64,000 bases of DNA. Source: Rhizobiales bacterium Ga0077525. GTDB taxonomy: Bacteria > Pseudomonadota > Alphaproteobacteria > Rhizobiales > Xanthobacteraceae. The stretch is from NCBI GenBank assembly GCA_001464835.1, contig LNDS01000028.1, forward strand, positions 127,252 through 191,251, read 5' to 3'. The number at the start of each line of letters is the position of its first letter. Position 1 is the stretch's first letter. Position numbers and translations under genes: made by a program. The notes below the pieces were generated by a model. That model saw only the letters and a list, made by a program, of their open reading frames with translations. It did no database searches and was not told the origin of the DNA. Of the stretch, positions 39,722 through 50,471 are shown one piece after another.

Positions 39722-40381
39722 TTGCCAATTCGCCGCGTATTGCTGAACTTCGCTTGTGCCGCCCCGCTCGCGGCGGCCGCCGCCGGCTGTTCCGGCAGCG
39801 TGACCGACGGCATCAAGAGTGGCGATTGGTTCGCCAAGCCGATGACCATTGTGACCCGGGCCGACGGTTCCGACGCCGCCGTGAACAAGAATTTCGACCT
39901 GGCGCCGCGCGGTCCGGTCGCGCCCGAGGATCTGGTCGGCGCCGATGGCCGCTGCTCGGCCGCCATCGTTGCCGAAGCGCCGCAAGCCGCGCCGCAACCG
40001 CCGGCGGAACCGGCGGTCGGCTCGATGGCCGGCGATCTCGCCGGCGCGCCGATGCCGGCAGGCGCTCCGGTGTCCGCCGACATCGATCCGGGCGCGCCGC
40101 AGGTTTTCGGCGGCATCGCCCTCGCGATGAGCGAATGCGACGTGGTGCGCCGCGCCGGCACGCCGGCGAATGTAAGTATTGGTGCCGGTGACAATAACGA
40201 GCGCCGCGTCGTGCTGACCTATTTGGCCCCTCCGTGGCCCGGCATCTATACGTTCTCGTCCGGACGCCTGAAGGAAATCGCCGCCGCGCCGGTGCAGCCC
40301 AAGCCCGCCAAACCCGCGCCGAAAAAGAAACCGGTGGCGGCGGCAAAACCCCGCGCTACCCAACCGGTGCAGATCCGCTAG
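39722..40381 (+). CDS. Hypothetical lipoprotein
   Basis: Lipobox-like AAGC, DLV.ADG.C, GGIAL.M.EC.VVR..G.P, PGIY.F..GRL; TTG start uncertain. Confidence 0.65.
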   Translation: MPIRRVLLNFACAAPLAAAAAGCSGSVTDGIKSGDWFAKPMTIVTRADGSDAAVNKNFDLAPRGPVAPEDLVGADGRCSAAIVAEAPQAAPQPPAEPAVGSMAGDLAGAPMPAGAPVSADIDPGAPQVFGGIALAMSECDVVRRAGTPANVSIGAGDNNERRVVLTYLAPPWPGIYTFSSGRLKEIAAAPVQPKPAKPAPKKKPVAAAKPRATQPVQIR

Positions 40382-40474
40382 CAGCCTTCGCGGGCGGCGC
40401 GCTTGGCAATCTAGAACAAGCTAAAATTTAATCGTTTGTTTTTCGCTCGACGGTACTCATGAGGTCCGTTTCGA

Positions 40475-40822
40475 GTGGGGACCGCAAAGATCTTGAAAGC
40501 CTTTTCCCGTGCGTTGCTGCTTGCACTTTGCTTGACGATTTCCGCGGCCGCGATGGTGGTCAGCCTCGGCCCTGATACGGCCGGCGATAGTGACGCCGTC
40601 GTGGCGGTGTTTCCGCTGTGGTGGTCGGCCGATCGGACGTTTGTAGCGGCAGGCGAGGCGGGATCGATCCTGAACACCGGCAAATTCCCGTTTGTCGTTG
40701 TCGTGCAATCCAAAGGCGCCGATCTCGGTGAGCGGCTGCGTGCCGCCGGGGCGATTCTGCTTCTGGATCCGTTGGGCCTCGGCGGCTGTCTGGAAAATTC
40801 GGCGAGGAAAAGCGATGTCTGA
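40475..40822 (+). CDS. Small membrane-anchored hypothetical protein (AVFPxWW motif)
   Basis: N-terminal hydrophobic helix, GAGGT RBS upstream, 8-nt overlap with the downstream MCP gene. Confidence 0.7.
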   Translation: MGTAKILKAFSRALLLALCLTISAAAMVVSLGPDTAGDSDAVVAVFPLWWSADRTFVAAGEAGSILNTGKFPFVVVVQSKGADLGERLRAAGAILLLDPLGLGGCLENSARKSDV

Positions 40823-42035
40823 ATTGACCCTGGATCTCGTATCGTTGCGCCGCACGGCGCTGCGGATCGTCATGACGACGATCTGGATTCAACCTGCGCT
40901 GATCATGGCCGCGTGTCTGGGCTACAACAAACCATCCTTGATCCCGGTCGGAACGGCGCTGGCGATCGCCGGCGTGACGCAAGCCGTCGTGTCCGGCAGC
41001 GCTGGCCATGGCCATGGCCGCATCGTGTCCGGCGTGTCGCTGATGGCGCTCATTTCGATCCTGGTGTCCGTGTTCAGCGGTCAGGAAATCCAGGTCGATA
41101 TTCACATGTACTATTTCGCGGCACTGGCGTTGCTCGTCGGTACCTGTGATTGGCGGGTCATCGCGGCCGCCGCCGCCACCGTTGCCGTTCATCACATTGC
41201 GCTGAATTTCGCCTTGCCGGCCTTGATCTATCCGGGCGGCTCCAATCTCTTTCGGCTGACGCTGCATGCCGTCATTCTTGTTATCGAGGCCGGCGTCCTG
41301 ATCTGGTTGGCCGCCACGGTTGAAAAGATGTTCGACGCGATCATGGCGGCGACCGCGCGCGCCGAGGCAAACCGGGTTGCTGCTGAAACAAGCCACGCTG
41401 CTGCGGCTGCGGCGGCGGAGCGCGCCGAGAAGGCGCACCGGCTCTATGAAGAACAGCAGGCAATCTCGGCTCGGGAACGAGAGAAGGCCGAGATCGAGCA
41501 GAGCCGGGTGCTGAGCGGCATTGCGTCAACCGTCAAGCACAATGCGGACAACGCCGCCCAGGCCGATCAATTCGCGGCATCCACCTGCGCCGTGGCGGAA
41601 CGCGGCGGCCGTGTTGCCGCCCAAGCCGTCGATGCCATGTCCCGCATCGAAGGCGCCTCGCGCAAGATTGCCGATATCATCGTCGTCATTGACGAAATTG
41701 CCCGGCAAACGAATTTGCTGGCGCTCAATGCTGCCGTTGAAGCGGCCCGCGCCGGCGAGGCGGGCCGCGGATTCGCCGTCGTCGCCACCGAGGTTCGCGA
41801 TCTGGCTCAACGTTCGTCGCAGGCCGCCAAAGACATTAAGGACCTGATCAACAACAGTTCGGACCAGGTCCAGGAAGGCGTCGCGCTGGTCAACAGCGCA
41901 GGCTCGTCGCTTGTCGAGATCGTCGAATCGATCAAAAAGGTCACGACGATCGTGTCGCAAATCGCCGCCGCCAGTGGCGAACAGGCGCGCGGTCTCGAGC
42001 AGATCAACAGGGCGCCGAAGCGAGCCGCGGCTTAA
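40815..42035 (+). CDS. Methyl-accepting chemotaxis protein with multi-TM sensor and shortened signalling domain
   Basis: [43 protein letters not shown] hairpin tip; about 6 hydrophobic segments at the N-terminus. Confidence 0.9.
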   Translation: MSELTLDLVSLRRTALRIVMTTIWIQPALIMAACLGYNKPSLIPVGTALAIAGVTQAVVSGSAGHGHGRIVSGVSLMALISILVSVFSGQEIQVDIHMYYFAALALLVGTCDWRVIAAAAATVAVHHIALNFALPALIYPGGSNLFRLTLHAVILVIEAGVLIWLAATVEKMFDAIMAATARAEANRVAAETSHAAAAAAAERAEKAHRLYEEQQAISAREREKAEIEQSRVLSGIASTVKHNADNAAQADQFAASTCAVAERGGRVAAQAVDAMSRIEGASRKIADIIVVIDEIARQTNLLALNAAVEAARAGEAGRGFAVVATEVRDLAQRSSQAAKDIKDLINNSSDQVQEGVALVNSAGSSLVEIVESIKKVTTIVSQIAAASGEQARGLEQINRAPKRAAA

Positions 42036-42052
42036 GCAGCGTTAATCCGCGG

Positions 42053-43924
42053 CTAGGCGGTTTCCAGCGCGCTTGACGCGGCGAGCCAGGCTTCCTCGGC
42101 CTTGGCGATCGCGGCCACCACGTTGGCGCGCGTCTTCGACAATTCGGCGGCGCGCGCCGGATCCTTCGCAAACACCGTGCCGTCCGCCAAGGTCGCGTCG
42201 AGCTTGCCGAGTTGCTTGTTGAGCTGCGCGATCTGCGCTTCGGCTTCCGAGATCTTCTTGCGCAGCGGCGCGGTATCGACGCGCTTTTCGGCGGCGGCGC
42301 GCCGCGCCTGAACCGGGTCCTGCCGCTTCGACGACTTGGCGCCGACCGTCATATGGCGGTTTTCCGACGACAGGACGAGACGCATATAGTCGTTGAGGTC
42401 GCCGTCATACGGCTTCACATGGCCGCCGGCGACCAGCCACAGCCGATCGACGCAGGCTTCCAGCAGATAGCGGTCATGCGACACCAGGATCACCGCGCCC
42501 GAAAAATCGTTGATCGCTTCGATCAGCGCACCGCGGCTGTCGATGTCGAGATGGTTGGTCGGCTCGTCGAGGATGATGAGATGCGGCGCGGCGAACGTCG
42601 CCAGACCCAGCAAAAGCCGGGCTTTTTCGCCGCCCGACAACTTCTCGACCTTGGTGTTGCCGGCCTGTCCTGAAAAGCCAATGACGCCAACGCGCGAACG
42701 CACTTTTGCTTCCGGCTGGTCCGGCATCAATTTGCGCACGTGTTCGTAAGGCGTGCCGTCCATGTCGAGTTCATCGACCTGATGCTGCGCGAAATAGCCG
42801 ACCTTTAAGGTCGCTGCGCGGGTCACCGTGCCGCTCATCGGCTTGAGCTTACCGGCGAGCAGCTTCACCAGGGTCGATTTGCCGTTGCCGTTCGAGCCGA
42901 GCAGGGCAATGCGGTCGTCATTGTCGATGCGCAGCGACAGGTCCGACAAGATCACGCGGCCGTCATAGCCGACTTCGACATCGTCGGTCGCGATGATCGG
43001 CGGCGACAGCAGTTTCTCCGGCGGCGGAATGACGATCGGCCGCACGTCGTCGGTGACCATCGACGAGATCGGCTGCATCTTGGCCAGCATCTTGATGCGC
43101 GACTGCGCCTGGGTCGCCTTCGAGGCCTTGGCGCGGAAGCGATCGACGAAGGCTTGCAGATGCGCGCGCTGCGCGTCCTGCTTCTTCATCATCTTCTGGT
43201 CGAGCACCAGCTTCTCGCTGCGCAGCCGTTCGAAGTCGGAATAGCCGCCTTTGTAGAGCGTCAGCTTCTTGGCCTCGAGCGACAGAATCTGGTTGACCGA
43301 ATTATCCAGCAGATCGCGGTCATGGCTGACGATGATCATCGTATGCGGATAGCGCGCCAGATGGTCCTGCAGCCACAACGTGCCTTCGAGATCGAGATAG
43401 TTGGTAGGCTCGTCGAGCATCAACAGGTCGGGCTCGGAGAACAAGGTCGCGGCAAGCGCGACGCGCATGCGCCAGCCGCCGGAAAACTCGGTGCACGGCC
43501 GCGCCTGATCGGCGGTGGAGAAACCAAGGCCGGACAAAATCGAAGCGGCGCGGGCAGGGGCCGCGTGCGCGCCGATGTCGGCCAGCCTTGTCTGGATTTC
43601 GGCGATGCGATGCGGATCGGTGGCGGTTTCCGCCTCGTGCAGCAGTTCGGTGCGCTCGCTCGGCGCCTTGAGCACGACTTCGATGAGGCTCTCCGGTCCG
43701 TTCGGCGCTTCCTGGGCGAGGCGGCCGATGCGCCAGCGCGGCGGGATGTCGATGGAGCCGCCTTCGGCCGCCAGTTCGCCGGTGATGACGTTGAACAGCG
43801 TCGATTTCCCGGTTCCGTTGCGGCCGACCAAGCCGACGCGCGCGCCCGGCACGATGCGGGCGGAGGCGTCTTCCAGCAGAGAGCGCCCGGCGATGCGGAC
43901 CGTGAGGTCGTCGATGATGAGCAT
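42053..43924 (-). CDS. ABC-F family ATP-binding protein
   Basis: Two NBDs (GRNGTGKST, FSGGWRMR, LDEPTNYLD; GSNGNGKST, LSGGEKAR, LDEPTNHLD), no TM, coiled-coil C-terminus. Confidence 0.93.
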   Translation of the reverse strand: MLIIDDLTVRIAGRSLLEDASARIVPGARVGLVGRNGTGKSTLFNVITGELAAEGGSIDIPPRWRIGRLAQEAPNGPESLIEVVLKAPSERTELLHEAETATDPHRIAEIQTRLADIGAHAAPARAASILSGLGFSTADQARPCTEFSGGWRMRVALAATLFSEPDLLMLDEPTNYLDLEGTLWLQDHLARYPHTMIIVSHDRDLLDNSVNQILSLEAKKLTLYKGGYSDFERLRSEKLVLDQKMMKKQDAQRAHLQAFVDRFRAKASKATQAQSRIKMLAKMQPISSMVTDDVRPIVIPPPEKLLSPPIIATDDVEVGYDGRVILSDLSLRIDNDDRIALLGSNGNGKSTLVKLLAGKLKPMSGTVTRAATLKVGYFAQHQVDELDMDGTPYEHVRKLMPDQPEAKVRSRVGVIGFSGQAGNTKVEKLSGGEKARLLLGLATFAAPHLIILDEPTNHLDIDSRGALIEAINDFSGAVILVSHDRYLLEACVDRLWLVAGGHVKPYDGDLNDYMRLVLSSENRHMTVGAKSSKRQDPVQARRAAAEKRVDTAPLRKKISEAEAQIAQLNKQLGKLDATLADGTVFAKDPARAAELSKTRANVVAAIAKAEEAWLAASSALETA

Positions 43925-44161
43925 GCGCGCTATTTGGACGAGTGCGCTGCACAAGGCAATCTTTAAAATCGCCGGGAAGTGAGCGCAACAGCGGGCCTGA
44001 TGTCGCGCAAACCGCCGGGAAAAGCGGCAGGGTTTTGCCCTGGGATCGCCCGATAACCGACCTTGCCGCCCTTTCGCACCCCCGGTATAAGCCGCGGCAA
44101 CGAGGCAATTTCCCCTTATCGCCGGTCATCCCACCGGCGCAAATCCTGAAGGATACTTCCG

Positions 44162-44584
44162 ATGGCGGTCGAGCGTACTTTTTCCATTCTCAAACCCGAT
44201 GCGACCGCGCGTAACCTGACCGGCGCCATCAATGCCATGATCGAAAAGGCCGGCCTGCGCATCGTCGCGCAGAAGCGCGTGCAGATCACCAAGGCCCAGG
44301 CCGAGCAGTTCTACGGCGTGCACAAGGCGCGGCCGTTCTTCGGCGAACTGGTCGAATTCATGACCTCCGGTCCGGTCGTCGTCCAGGTGCTGGAAGGCGA
44401 GAACGCCATCGCCAAGTATCGTGAAGTGATGGGCGCCACCGACCCGTCCAAGGCCGACGCCAACACCATCCGCAAGGTGCACGCCAAGTCGATCGGCGAA
44501 AACTCGGTGCACGGTTCGGACTCGGCCGAGAACGCGGCCATCGAAATCGCGCAGTTCTTTTCCGGCAACGAAATCGTCGGCTGA
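44162..44584 (+). CDS. ndk: Nucleoside diphosphate kinase
   Basis: [31 protein letters not shown]. Confidence 0.98.
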   Translation: MAVERTFSILKPDATARNLTGAINAMIEKAGLRIVAQKRVQITKAQAEQFYGVHKARPFFGELVEFMTSGPVVVQVLEGENAIAKYREVMGATDPSKADANTIRKVHAKSIGENSVHGSDSAENAAIEIAQFFSGNEIVG

Positions 44585-44689
44585 TCGGAGCCGGCCGCTC
44601 CCATAAAATAATCCGGCTGGCACGTCGAGAAAATGGAAGCCTGAGGCGGACAAGACAAAGCATGCGGCCGGCGCTACACTGCCGGCCGC

Positions 44690-46801
44690 ATGAATCAAAG
44701 TTTCCGCCCGCCCAGACCCGCGATCAAGGCGACAGGCCATACCGCCTGTCCGCACGATTGCCCCTCGACCTGCGCGCTTGAGGTCGAGCTGATCGACGCG
44801 CGCACCATCGGCCGCGTGCGCGGCTCAAAAGACAACGACTACACGGCCGGCGTCATCTGCGCCAAGGTGGCGCGCTATGCCGAGCGCCAGCATCACGCCG
44901 AGCGGCTGATGCATCCGTTGCAGCGCGTCGGCGAGAAAGGGGCGGGTGACTTCCGCCGCATCTCCTGGGACGATGCGCTCGACCTCGTCGCCGAGCGGTT
45001 GCTCAAGGCCGAGGCTAGCGGCGGCGCGGAGAGCGTCTGGCCGTATTACTACGCCGGCACGATGGGGCTGGTGATGCGCGACAGCATCAACCTCCTGCGC
45101 CACGTCAAAAAGTATTCCGGCTTTCATTCGACCATTTGCGTCAACCCGGCCTATGCCGGTTTCGCCGCGGGGACGGGAAAGATCGCGGGAGCGGATCCGC
45201 GCGAAATGGCGAAGTCCGATGTGGTGGTGATCTGGGGCACCAACCCGGTCAACACCCAGGTCAACGTGATGACGCATGCAATCCGCGCGCGCAAAGAGCG
45301 CGGCGCGAAAATCGTCGCGGTCGATATCTACATGAACGGCACGATGGAGCAGGCCGACCTTGCGGTGCTGGTCAAGCCCGGCACCGACGGCGCGCTGGCC
45401 TGCGCCGTGATGCATTGCCTGTTCCGCGACGGCAAGGCCGATTGGGATTATCTGGAGAAATACACCGATGCGCCGCGCGAATTGGAAGCGCATTTAGCGA
45501 CGCGCGGCCCTGAATGGGCGTCGGCAATCACCGGCACGCCGGTCGAGACCATCGAGGCATTCGCCAAACTCGTCGGCGACAACAAGCGCACCTTCTTCCG
45601 GCTCGGCTACGGCTTTGCCCGTTCGCGCAACGGCGCGGCCAATATGCACGCGGCAAGCTGCATCGCCGCGGTGACCGGCGCATGGCAGCACGAGGGCGGC
45701 GGCGCGTTTCACAACAATGCCGACATCTACAGACTCGACAAGACCATGATCGAGGGGCTCGATGCGCATGACCGCTCGGTACGCATGCTCGATCAGTCGC
45801 GCATCGGCGCTATCCTCACCGGCGACCGCGAGGCGCTGCAGGGCGGACCGCCGGTCGAGGCGCTGTTCATCCAGAACACCAACCCGGTGTCGGTCGCGCC
45901 GGACCAGACGCTGGTCAAGCGCGGCTTTGCGCGGGACGATCTGTTCACCTGTGTGCATGAGCAATTCATGACCGAAACGGCGGCGATGGCCGACATCGTG
46001 CTGCCGGCGACGACGTTTCTTGAACATGACGACGTCTATCGCGGCGGCGGCCATCAATACATCATCATGGGGCCGAAGCTGGTCGAGGCGCCGGGCGAGT
46101 GCCGCAACAATCACGAGGTCATTACGGCGCTCGCGAGGCGGCTCGGCGCCGCGCATCCGTCTTTTGCGTTTAGCCCGCGCGAACTTATCGACCAGATGCT
46201 CAAGGATTCGAAGCGTGGCACTTTGGCCGAGCTGGAGGAAAACCGCTGGCTCGACGTGCAGCCGCCCTTCCGGCAAGCGCATTATCTCGACGGTTTCAAT
46301 TGGCCGGACGGCAAGTTCCGCTTCAAGCCGGACTGGCCGCGCGTGCCGTTCCGCAGTCCGTATAATTCCGGACCGGTTGAACAGATGCCGGCGCTGCCGG
46401 ACCACTGGACCTCAATCGAAGCGGCCGACGACGTGCATCCGTTTCGATTGGCGACGTCGCCGGCGCGCGGCTTTCTCAATTCGACCTTCAACGAAACGCC
46501 GACGTCGCTGGCCAACGAGAAGCGGCCGACGGTGCTCATCCATCCCGACGACGCGGCAAAGCACGGCATTGTCGATGGCGACTATGTCGTGCTCGGCAAT
46601 TTGCGCGGCGAAGTGCGCCTGCACGCGCGCCTGTTCGATGGTTTGCGCCGGGGCGTCCTGATCGCGGAATCGATCTGGCCGAATTCGGCTTACGCCGACG
46701 GCCGCGGCATCAACACGCTGACCGGGGCCGACTCGATCGCGCCCTTCGGCGGCGCCGCTTTCCACGATAACAAGGCATGGGTTCGCAAGGCGGCCGGTTA
46801 G
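44690..46801 (+). CDS. Molybdopterin oxidoreductase family protein (DMSO reductase superfamily)
   Basis: CPHDCPSTC...ICAK Fe-S motif, ISWD.ALD, ADIVLPATT..E, C-terminal HP.DA...GI.DGD dinucleotide-binding domain. Confidence 0.9.
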   Translation: MNQSFRPPRPAIKATGHTACPHDCPSTCALEVELIDARTIGRVRGSKDNDYTAGVICAKVARYAERQHHAERLMHPLQRVGEKGAGDFRRISWDDALDLVAERLLKAEASGGAESVWPYYYAGTMGLVMRDSINLLRHVKKYSGFHSTICVNPAYAGFAAGTGKIAGADPREMAKSDVVVIWGTNPVNTQVNVMTHAIRARKERGAKIVAVDIYMNGTMEQADLAVLVKPGTDGALACAVMHCLFRDGKADWDYLEKYTDAPRELEAHLATRGPEWASAITGTPVETIEAFAKLVGDNKRTFFRLGYGFARSRNGAANMHAASCIAAVTGAWQHEGGGAFHNNADIYRLDKTMIEGLDAHDRSVRMLDQSRIGAILTGDREALQGGPPVEALFIQNTNPVSVAPDQTLVKRGFARDDLFTCVHEQFMTETAAMADIVLPATTFLEHDDVYRGGGHQYIIMGPKLVEAPGECRNNHEVITALARRLGAAHPSFAFSPRELIDQMLKDSKRGTLAELEENRWLDVQPPFRQAHYLDGFNWPDGKFRFKPDWPRVPFRSPYNSGPVEQMPALPDHWTSIEAADDVHPFRLATSPARGFLNSTFNETPTSLANEKRPTVLIHPDDAAKHGIVDGDYVVLGNLRGEVRLHARLFDGLRRGVLIAESIWPNSAYADGRGINTLTGADSIAPFGGAAFHDNKAWVRKAAG

Positions 46802-46812
46802 GTCAGTCGTAG

Positions 46813-48021
46813 ATGCGGATATTCACGGCAGTTCGCCACGCTCGCGACCCGGCCTTGTTTTATGGCGGTCTGTGGAGCGGAAATTTCTATCCGGCGCTGC
46901 GCACCCTCGGGCATGAGATCGTCGAGTCGGAGGTCGACCTGTTGCCGACCAGCCGTTTCATGCATGTCGGCTCAGACTTCACGCCGCAGGAACTGGAAGC
47001 GCGCGCACGCACCACGCAGGCGATCATCGACGAAGTGACGCGCGCGCACCGGGACAAACCGATCGGGCTGTTTCTATCGTATTTCTATAACGCGCATTTT
47101 GATCCCGGCGGCTTCGCGCAACTGCGCGCGCTCGGCATTCCGACGGTGAATTTTTATTGCAACAGCATCTATCAGTTCGAACTGGTCGATGCGGTGGCCG
47201 CCGCCGCGGATTTTTCCTGGCATCCGGAGAAAGAGGCGCGGGCTTCCTATTTGGCCGCGGGCGCGCGGCCGGTCTGGGTGCAAATGGGCGCCGACCCGGA
47301 AATCTACCGTCCGGTTGACGGCATCGAACGGCAGGGGCGCGTGGCCTTCATCGGCCAGCGCTATGCCGACCGCGACCGCTGGCTTGCCGCGGCGATTGAG
47401 GCCGGTCTGCCGCTTGATATTTATGGCGCCGGCTGGTCATCGGCGACGGCGGGCGAACAAATAGCCGCGCCCGCGTCCTATCTGGGCCGCGGCGCACCGG
47501 TGCCGGGAACGTGGCCGAGCTATCGCGAGGCGGCGCGGCAGATTGTGCGCCGCGACGGCGCGGTGCGCGGCATGGCGCGGTTGGTCCGGCAATGGCGTTA
47601 TCGCAATGAGACGCAGCGGCTTACATCCATCGTCGCGCAAGCGGCCAAGGGCAGCGTGCCCGAAGGCAAGTTCGCCGAGACGGTGGCGGGCTATGCCGTG
47701 CACATCAATCTCAGTAATGTCTGGGCCGACGGCCGGCCGTGCTCGGCTCTGGTGCCGCATGTGCGCTTGCGCGATTTCGAAATTCCGATGTGCCGCGCCG
47801 CTTACCTCACCGCGCACACGGCGGAGATCGAGGACTGCTACGACACCGGCAAGGAGATCGAGACTTACCGGTCGCGCGAGGAGTTCATCGACAAAGCGCG
47901 CTATCTCGTCACGCACCCGGCGCATGCGGAGCGCCTGCGCCAGGCCGGTTATGCCCGCGCCCGGGTGGATCACACCTGGGCGCGGCGCATGGCATTGTTG
48001 TTCGACAGGATCGGGCTTTAG
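46813..48021 (+). CDS. CgeB-like glycosyltransferase
   Basis: FIGQRY..R, IYG.GW, INLS, RLRDFEIPMC, G..RA..DHTW..R. Confidence 0.75.
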   Translation: MRIFTAVRHARDPALFYGGLWSGNFYPALRTLGHEIVESEVDLLPTSRFMHVGSDFTPQELEARARTTQAIIDEVTRAHRDKPIGLFLSYFYNAHFDPGGFAQLRALGIPTVNFYCNSIYQFELVDAVAAAADFSWHPEKEARASYLAAGARPVWVQMGADPEIYRPVDGIERQGRVAFIGQRYADRDRWLAAAIEAGLPLDIYGAGWSSATAGEQIAAPASYLGRGAPVPGTWPSYREAARQIVRRDGAVRGMARLVRQWRYRNETQRLTSIVAQAAKGSVPEGKFAETVAGYAVHINLSNVWADGRPCSALVPHVRLRDFEIPMCRAAYLTAHTAEIEDCYDTGKEIETYRSREEFIDKARYLVTHPAHAERLRQAGYARARVDHTWARRMALLFDRIGL

Positions 48022-48038
48022 CCCAACCTGATCCGCGA

Positions 48039-48491
48039 CTACAGGTGCTTGCCGATCTTGGCGTCGGCCGAGTAGGGGCCGCCGCCGCGGATGGCGATGT
48101 AGAAGCAGACGATGCCGAGGAACAGCACGTATTCATAGCCGCCGGCGCCAACGGCGAAGCCCTTGGCCCAGTGCGCGGCGAACATGGCGATCAGGAGTTC
48201 GATGGCGAGAGCCGCGGCGAAGAAGCGCGTGAATAGACCGGCGACCAAAGCGGCGCCGCCGACGATCTCGAAGAAAATCGCCAGCACTGCGAACCAGCGC
48301 GGCAGTCCGTAATTGGTGGCGAAGGCCGTGCCGACGGCGTCGGCGCCGCGGCTCCATTTCGGCCAGCCATGCATGATCATGATGATGCCGAAGACGACGC
48401 GCGTGATCGTGTAGGCGATCGGCTCCATCTTGGCGTAGAATCCGGCAAGGCCCGGAATGACAAGTTGTGGTTCTTTGTGATGCCCGAACAT
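48039..48491 (-). CDS. DoxX family membrane protein
   Basis: R...G...MHGWPK, EIVGG..LV.GLFTR, GGYEY, GGGPYS.D. Confidence 0.9.
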   Translation of the reverse strand: MFGHHKEPQLVIPGLAGFYAKMEPIAYTITRVVFGIIMIMHGWPKWSRGADAVGTAFATNYGLPRWFAVLAIFFEIVGGAALVAGLFTRFFAAALAIELLIAMFAAHWAKGFAVGAGGYEYVLFLGIVCFYIAIRGGGPYSADAKIGKHL

Positions 48492-48586
48492 GGCAAGCCC
48501 CCGTGCTGTTGTTGCGCCACGATTATGCTGGCGTATCGGGTTATAACACCGCGATGGGCGGGGTTATTCCATGCGGCTGTGGGAAA

Positions 48587-49240
48587 CTAGCTTTGCGCCA
48601 TCAAGGTTTCGGCATCGGGGACCGGCGCGCCGTTGATCAGGCAGCGGCCATCGACAACGCGGACCCGGTGTTCCGCCACCAGCCGCAAGGCCTCCGGATA
48701 AATCCGGTGTTCGACCGCGAGCACGCGCGCGGCCAGCGATTTTTCGGTGTCGTCATCGCGTACCGCAACCGCGCCTTGCATGATGATCGGCCCGGCATCC
48801 ATTTCCGGTACGACGAAATGCACGGTCGCGCCGTGCGTCTTCGCCCCGGCCTCGAGCGCGCGTTTGTGGGTGTCGAGACCTTTGAACGCCGGCAGCAGCG
48901 CCGGATGAATGTTCAGCATGCGGTTCTGCCAAAGGCCGACAAAGCCGGGCGACAGCAGCCGCATGAAACCGGCAAGACAGACGATGTCGATGCGGTGCGC
49001 TTCGAGCACCTTTTGCATCGCCGCGTCGAAAGCGGCGCGATCCTTGCCGAACGATGCGTGGTCGACGACCTCCGTGGCAATGCCGCTGTCGCGCGCGGTG
49101 ATGAGGCCCCCGGCGTCCGCTTTGTTCGACAGCACCAAAACGATCTCGGCGGGATAGGATTTATCCTTGGCGGCCTCGATCAACGCCGCCATGTTGGAGC
49201 CGCGGCCGGAAATTAGAACGGCGACGCGCTTGCGGCTCAT
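48587..49240 (-). CDS. purN: Phosphoribosylglycinamide formyltransferase
   Basis: VLISGRGSN, LAGFMRLL, LNIHPALLP.F.G, GATVHFV..EMDAGPI. Confidence 0.97.
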   Translation of the reverse strand: MSRKRVAVLISGRGSNMAALIEAAKDKSYPAEIVLVLSNKADAGGLITARDSGIATEVVDHASFGKDRAAFDAAMQKVLEAHRIDIVCLAGFMRLLSPGFVGLWQNRMLNIHPALLPAFKGLDTHKRALEAGAKTHGATVHFVVPEMDAGPIIMQGAVAVRDDDTEKSLAARVLAVEHRIYPEALRLVAEHRVRVVDGRCLINGAPVPDAETLMAQS

Positions 49241-49250
49241 CTATGTCGTC

Positions 49251-50324
49251 TCACAATTTGAGGTCGAGCGTGCCGTCATAAACGACGCGCTCTTCGCCCG
49301 CCGCCGGGATCACCGTTCCGATGGCCGCGACCTGTTCGCCAGATTCCTTGAAAGCGGCGCTGACCGCATCGGAATCCTTCGGCGCCACGACGACGATCAT
49401 GCCGACGCCGCAATTGAACGTGCGCAGCATTTCGCGCTCGGCGATGTTGCCGACATCGGCGAGCCATTTGAACACTGGCGGCGCCTTGACGCGCGCAAGG
49501 TCAATGCGCGCCCCTAAACCTTTCGGCAGCACGCGCGGGATATTGTCGGGAAAACCGCCGCCGGTGATGTGGGCAAAACCTTTCACCGCGCCGGTGGCGC
49601 GGACCGCGGCCAGGCACGACTTCACATAGATGCGCGTCGGCGTCAGGATCGCCTCGCCGAGAGACACCCCCGCCGCAAACGGCGCATCCGCGCTCCACGG
49701 CAGTCCGCTCTTGGCGACCACCTTGCGCACCAGCGAATAGCCGTTGGAATGCACGCCGGAGGAGGCGAGGCCGAGAATGACGTCGCCTGCTGCGATGTCG
49801 GCGCGCGGCAAAACGCCGCCGCGCTCGACCGCGCCGACCGCAAAGCCGGCCAGGTCGTAATCGTCGCCCGCATAGAGGCCGGGCATTTCCGCGGTCTCGC
49901 CGCCGATCAGCGCGCAGCCGGCCTGCTTGCAACCGACGCTGATACCGGCGACCACGGCGGCGCCGACCTCGGGCTCGAGTTTTCCACATGCGTAATAGTC
50001 GAGGAAAAACAGCGGCTCGGCGCCTTGCACCACGAGGTCGTTGACGCTCATGGCGACCAGGTCGATGCCGATCGTGTCGTGACGGCCGGTTTCGATGGCG
50101 ATCTTGACCTTGGTGCCGACGCCGTCATTGGCCGCGACCAGAATGGGGTCCTTGTAGCCGGTCCGCTTGAGGTCGAAGAGGCCGCCAAAACCGCCGATTT
50201 CGGCGTCGGCGCCCGGCCGCGCCGTGGCGCGCACCAGAGGCTTGATCAGGTCCACCATCCGGTTGCCGGCGTCGATATCGACGCCCGCCTGCGCGTAGGT
50301 CAGCCCGCGCTCTTTCTCAGCCAT
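49251..50324 (-). CDS. purM: Phosphoribosylformylglycinamidine cyclo-ligase
   Basis: [48 protein letters not shown]. Confidence 0.97.
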   Translation of the reverse strand: MAEKERGLTYAQAGVDIDAGNRMVDLIKPLVRATARPGADAEIGGFGGLFDLKRTGYKDPILVAANDGVGTKVKIAIETGRHDTIGIDLVAMSVNDLVVQGAEPLFFLDYYACGKLEPEVGAAVVAGISVGCKQAGCALIGGETAEMPGLYAGDDYDLAGFAVGAVERGGVLPRADIAAGDVILGLASSGVHSNGYSLVRKVVAKSGLPWSADAPFAAGVSLGEAILTPTRIYVKSCLAAVRATGAVKGFAHITGGGFPDNIPRVLPKGLGARIDLARVKAPPVFKWLADVGNIAEREMLRTFNCGVGMIVVVAPKDSDAVSAAFKESGEQVAAIGTVIPAAGEERVVYDGTLDLKL

Positions 50325-50471
50325 GACGATCCCCGAAAACGCACGGTAATTATGGCCGCGTGGTACGGCGAAAACGCAATTCGTGCAATGGCTCGCCTGC
50401 CGTTATACTCTGCGGTAGGAAGTGTCTTAGCCCTCGCGCCGGGGGCCTATCCACGAGCCGGGGTTTTAATT

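Noticed and set aside
40408-40445. AT-rich patch resembling an Irr or CtrA site upstream of the MCP module
   Set aside because: Neither TTTAGAA-N3-TTCTAAA nor TTAA-N7-TTAA is matched; probably just promoter DNA.
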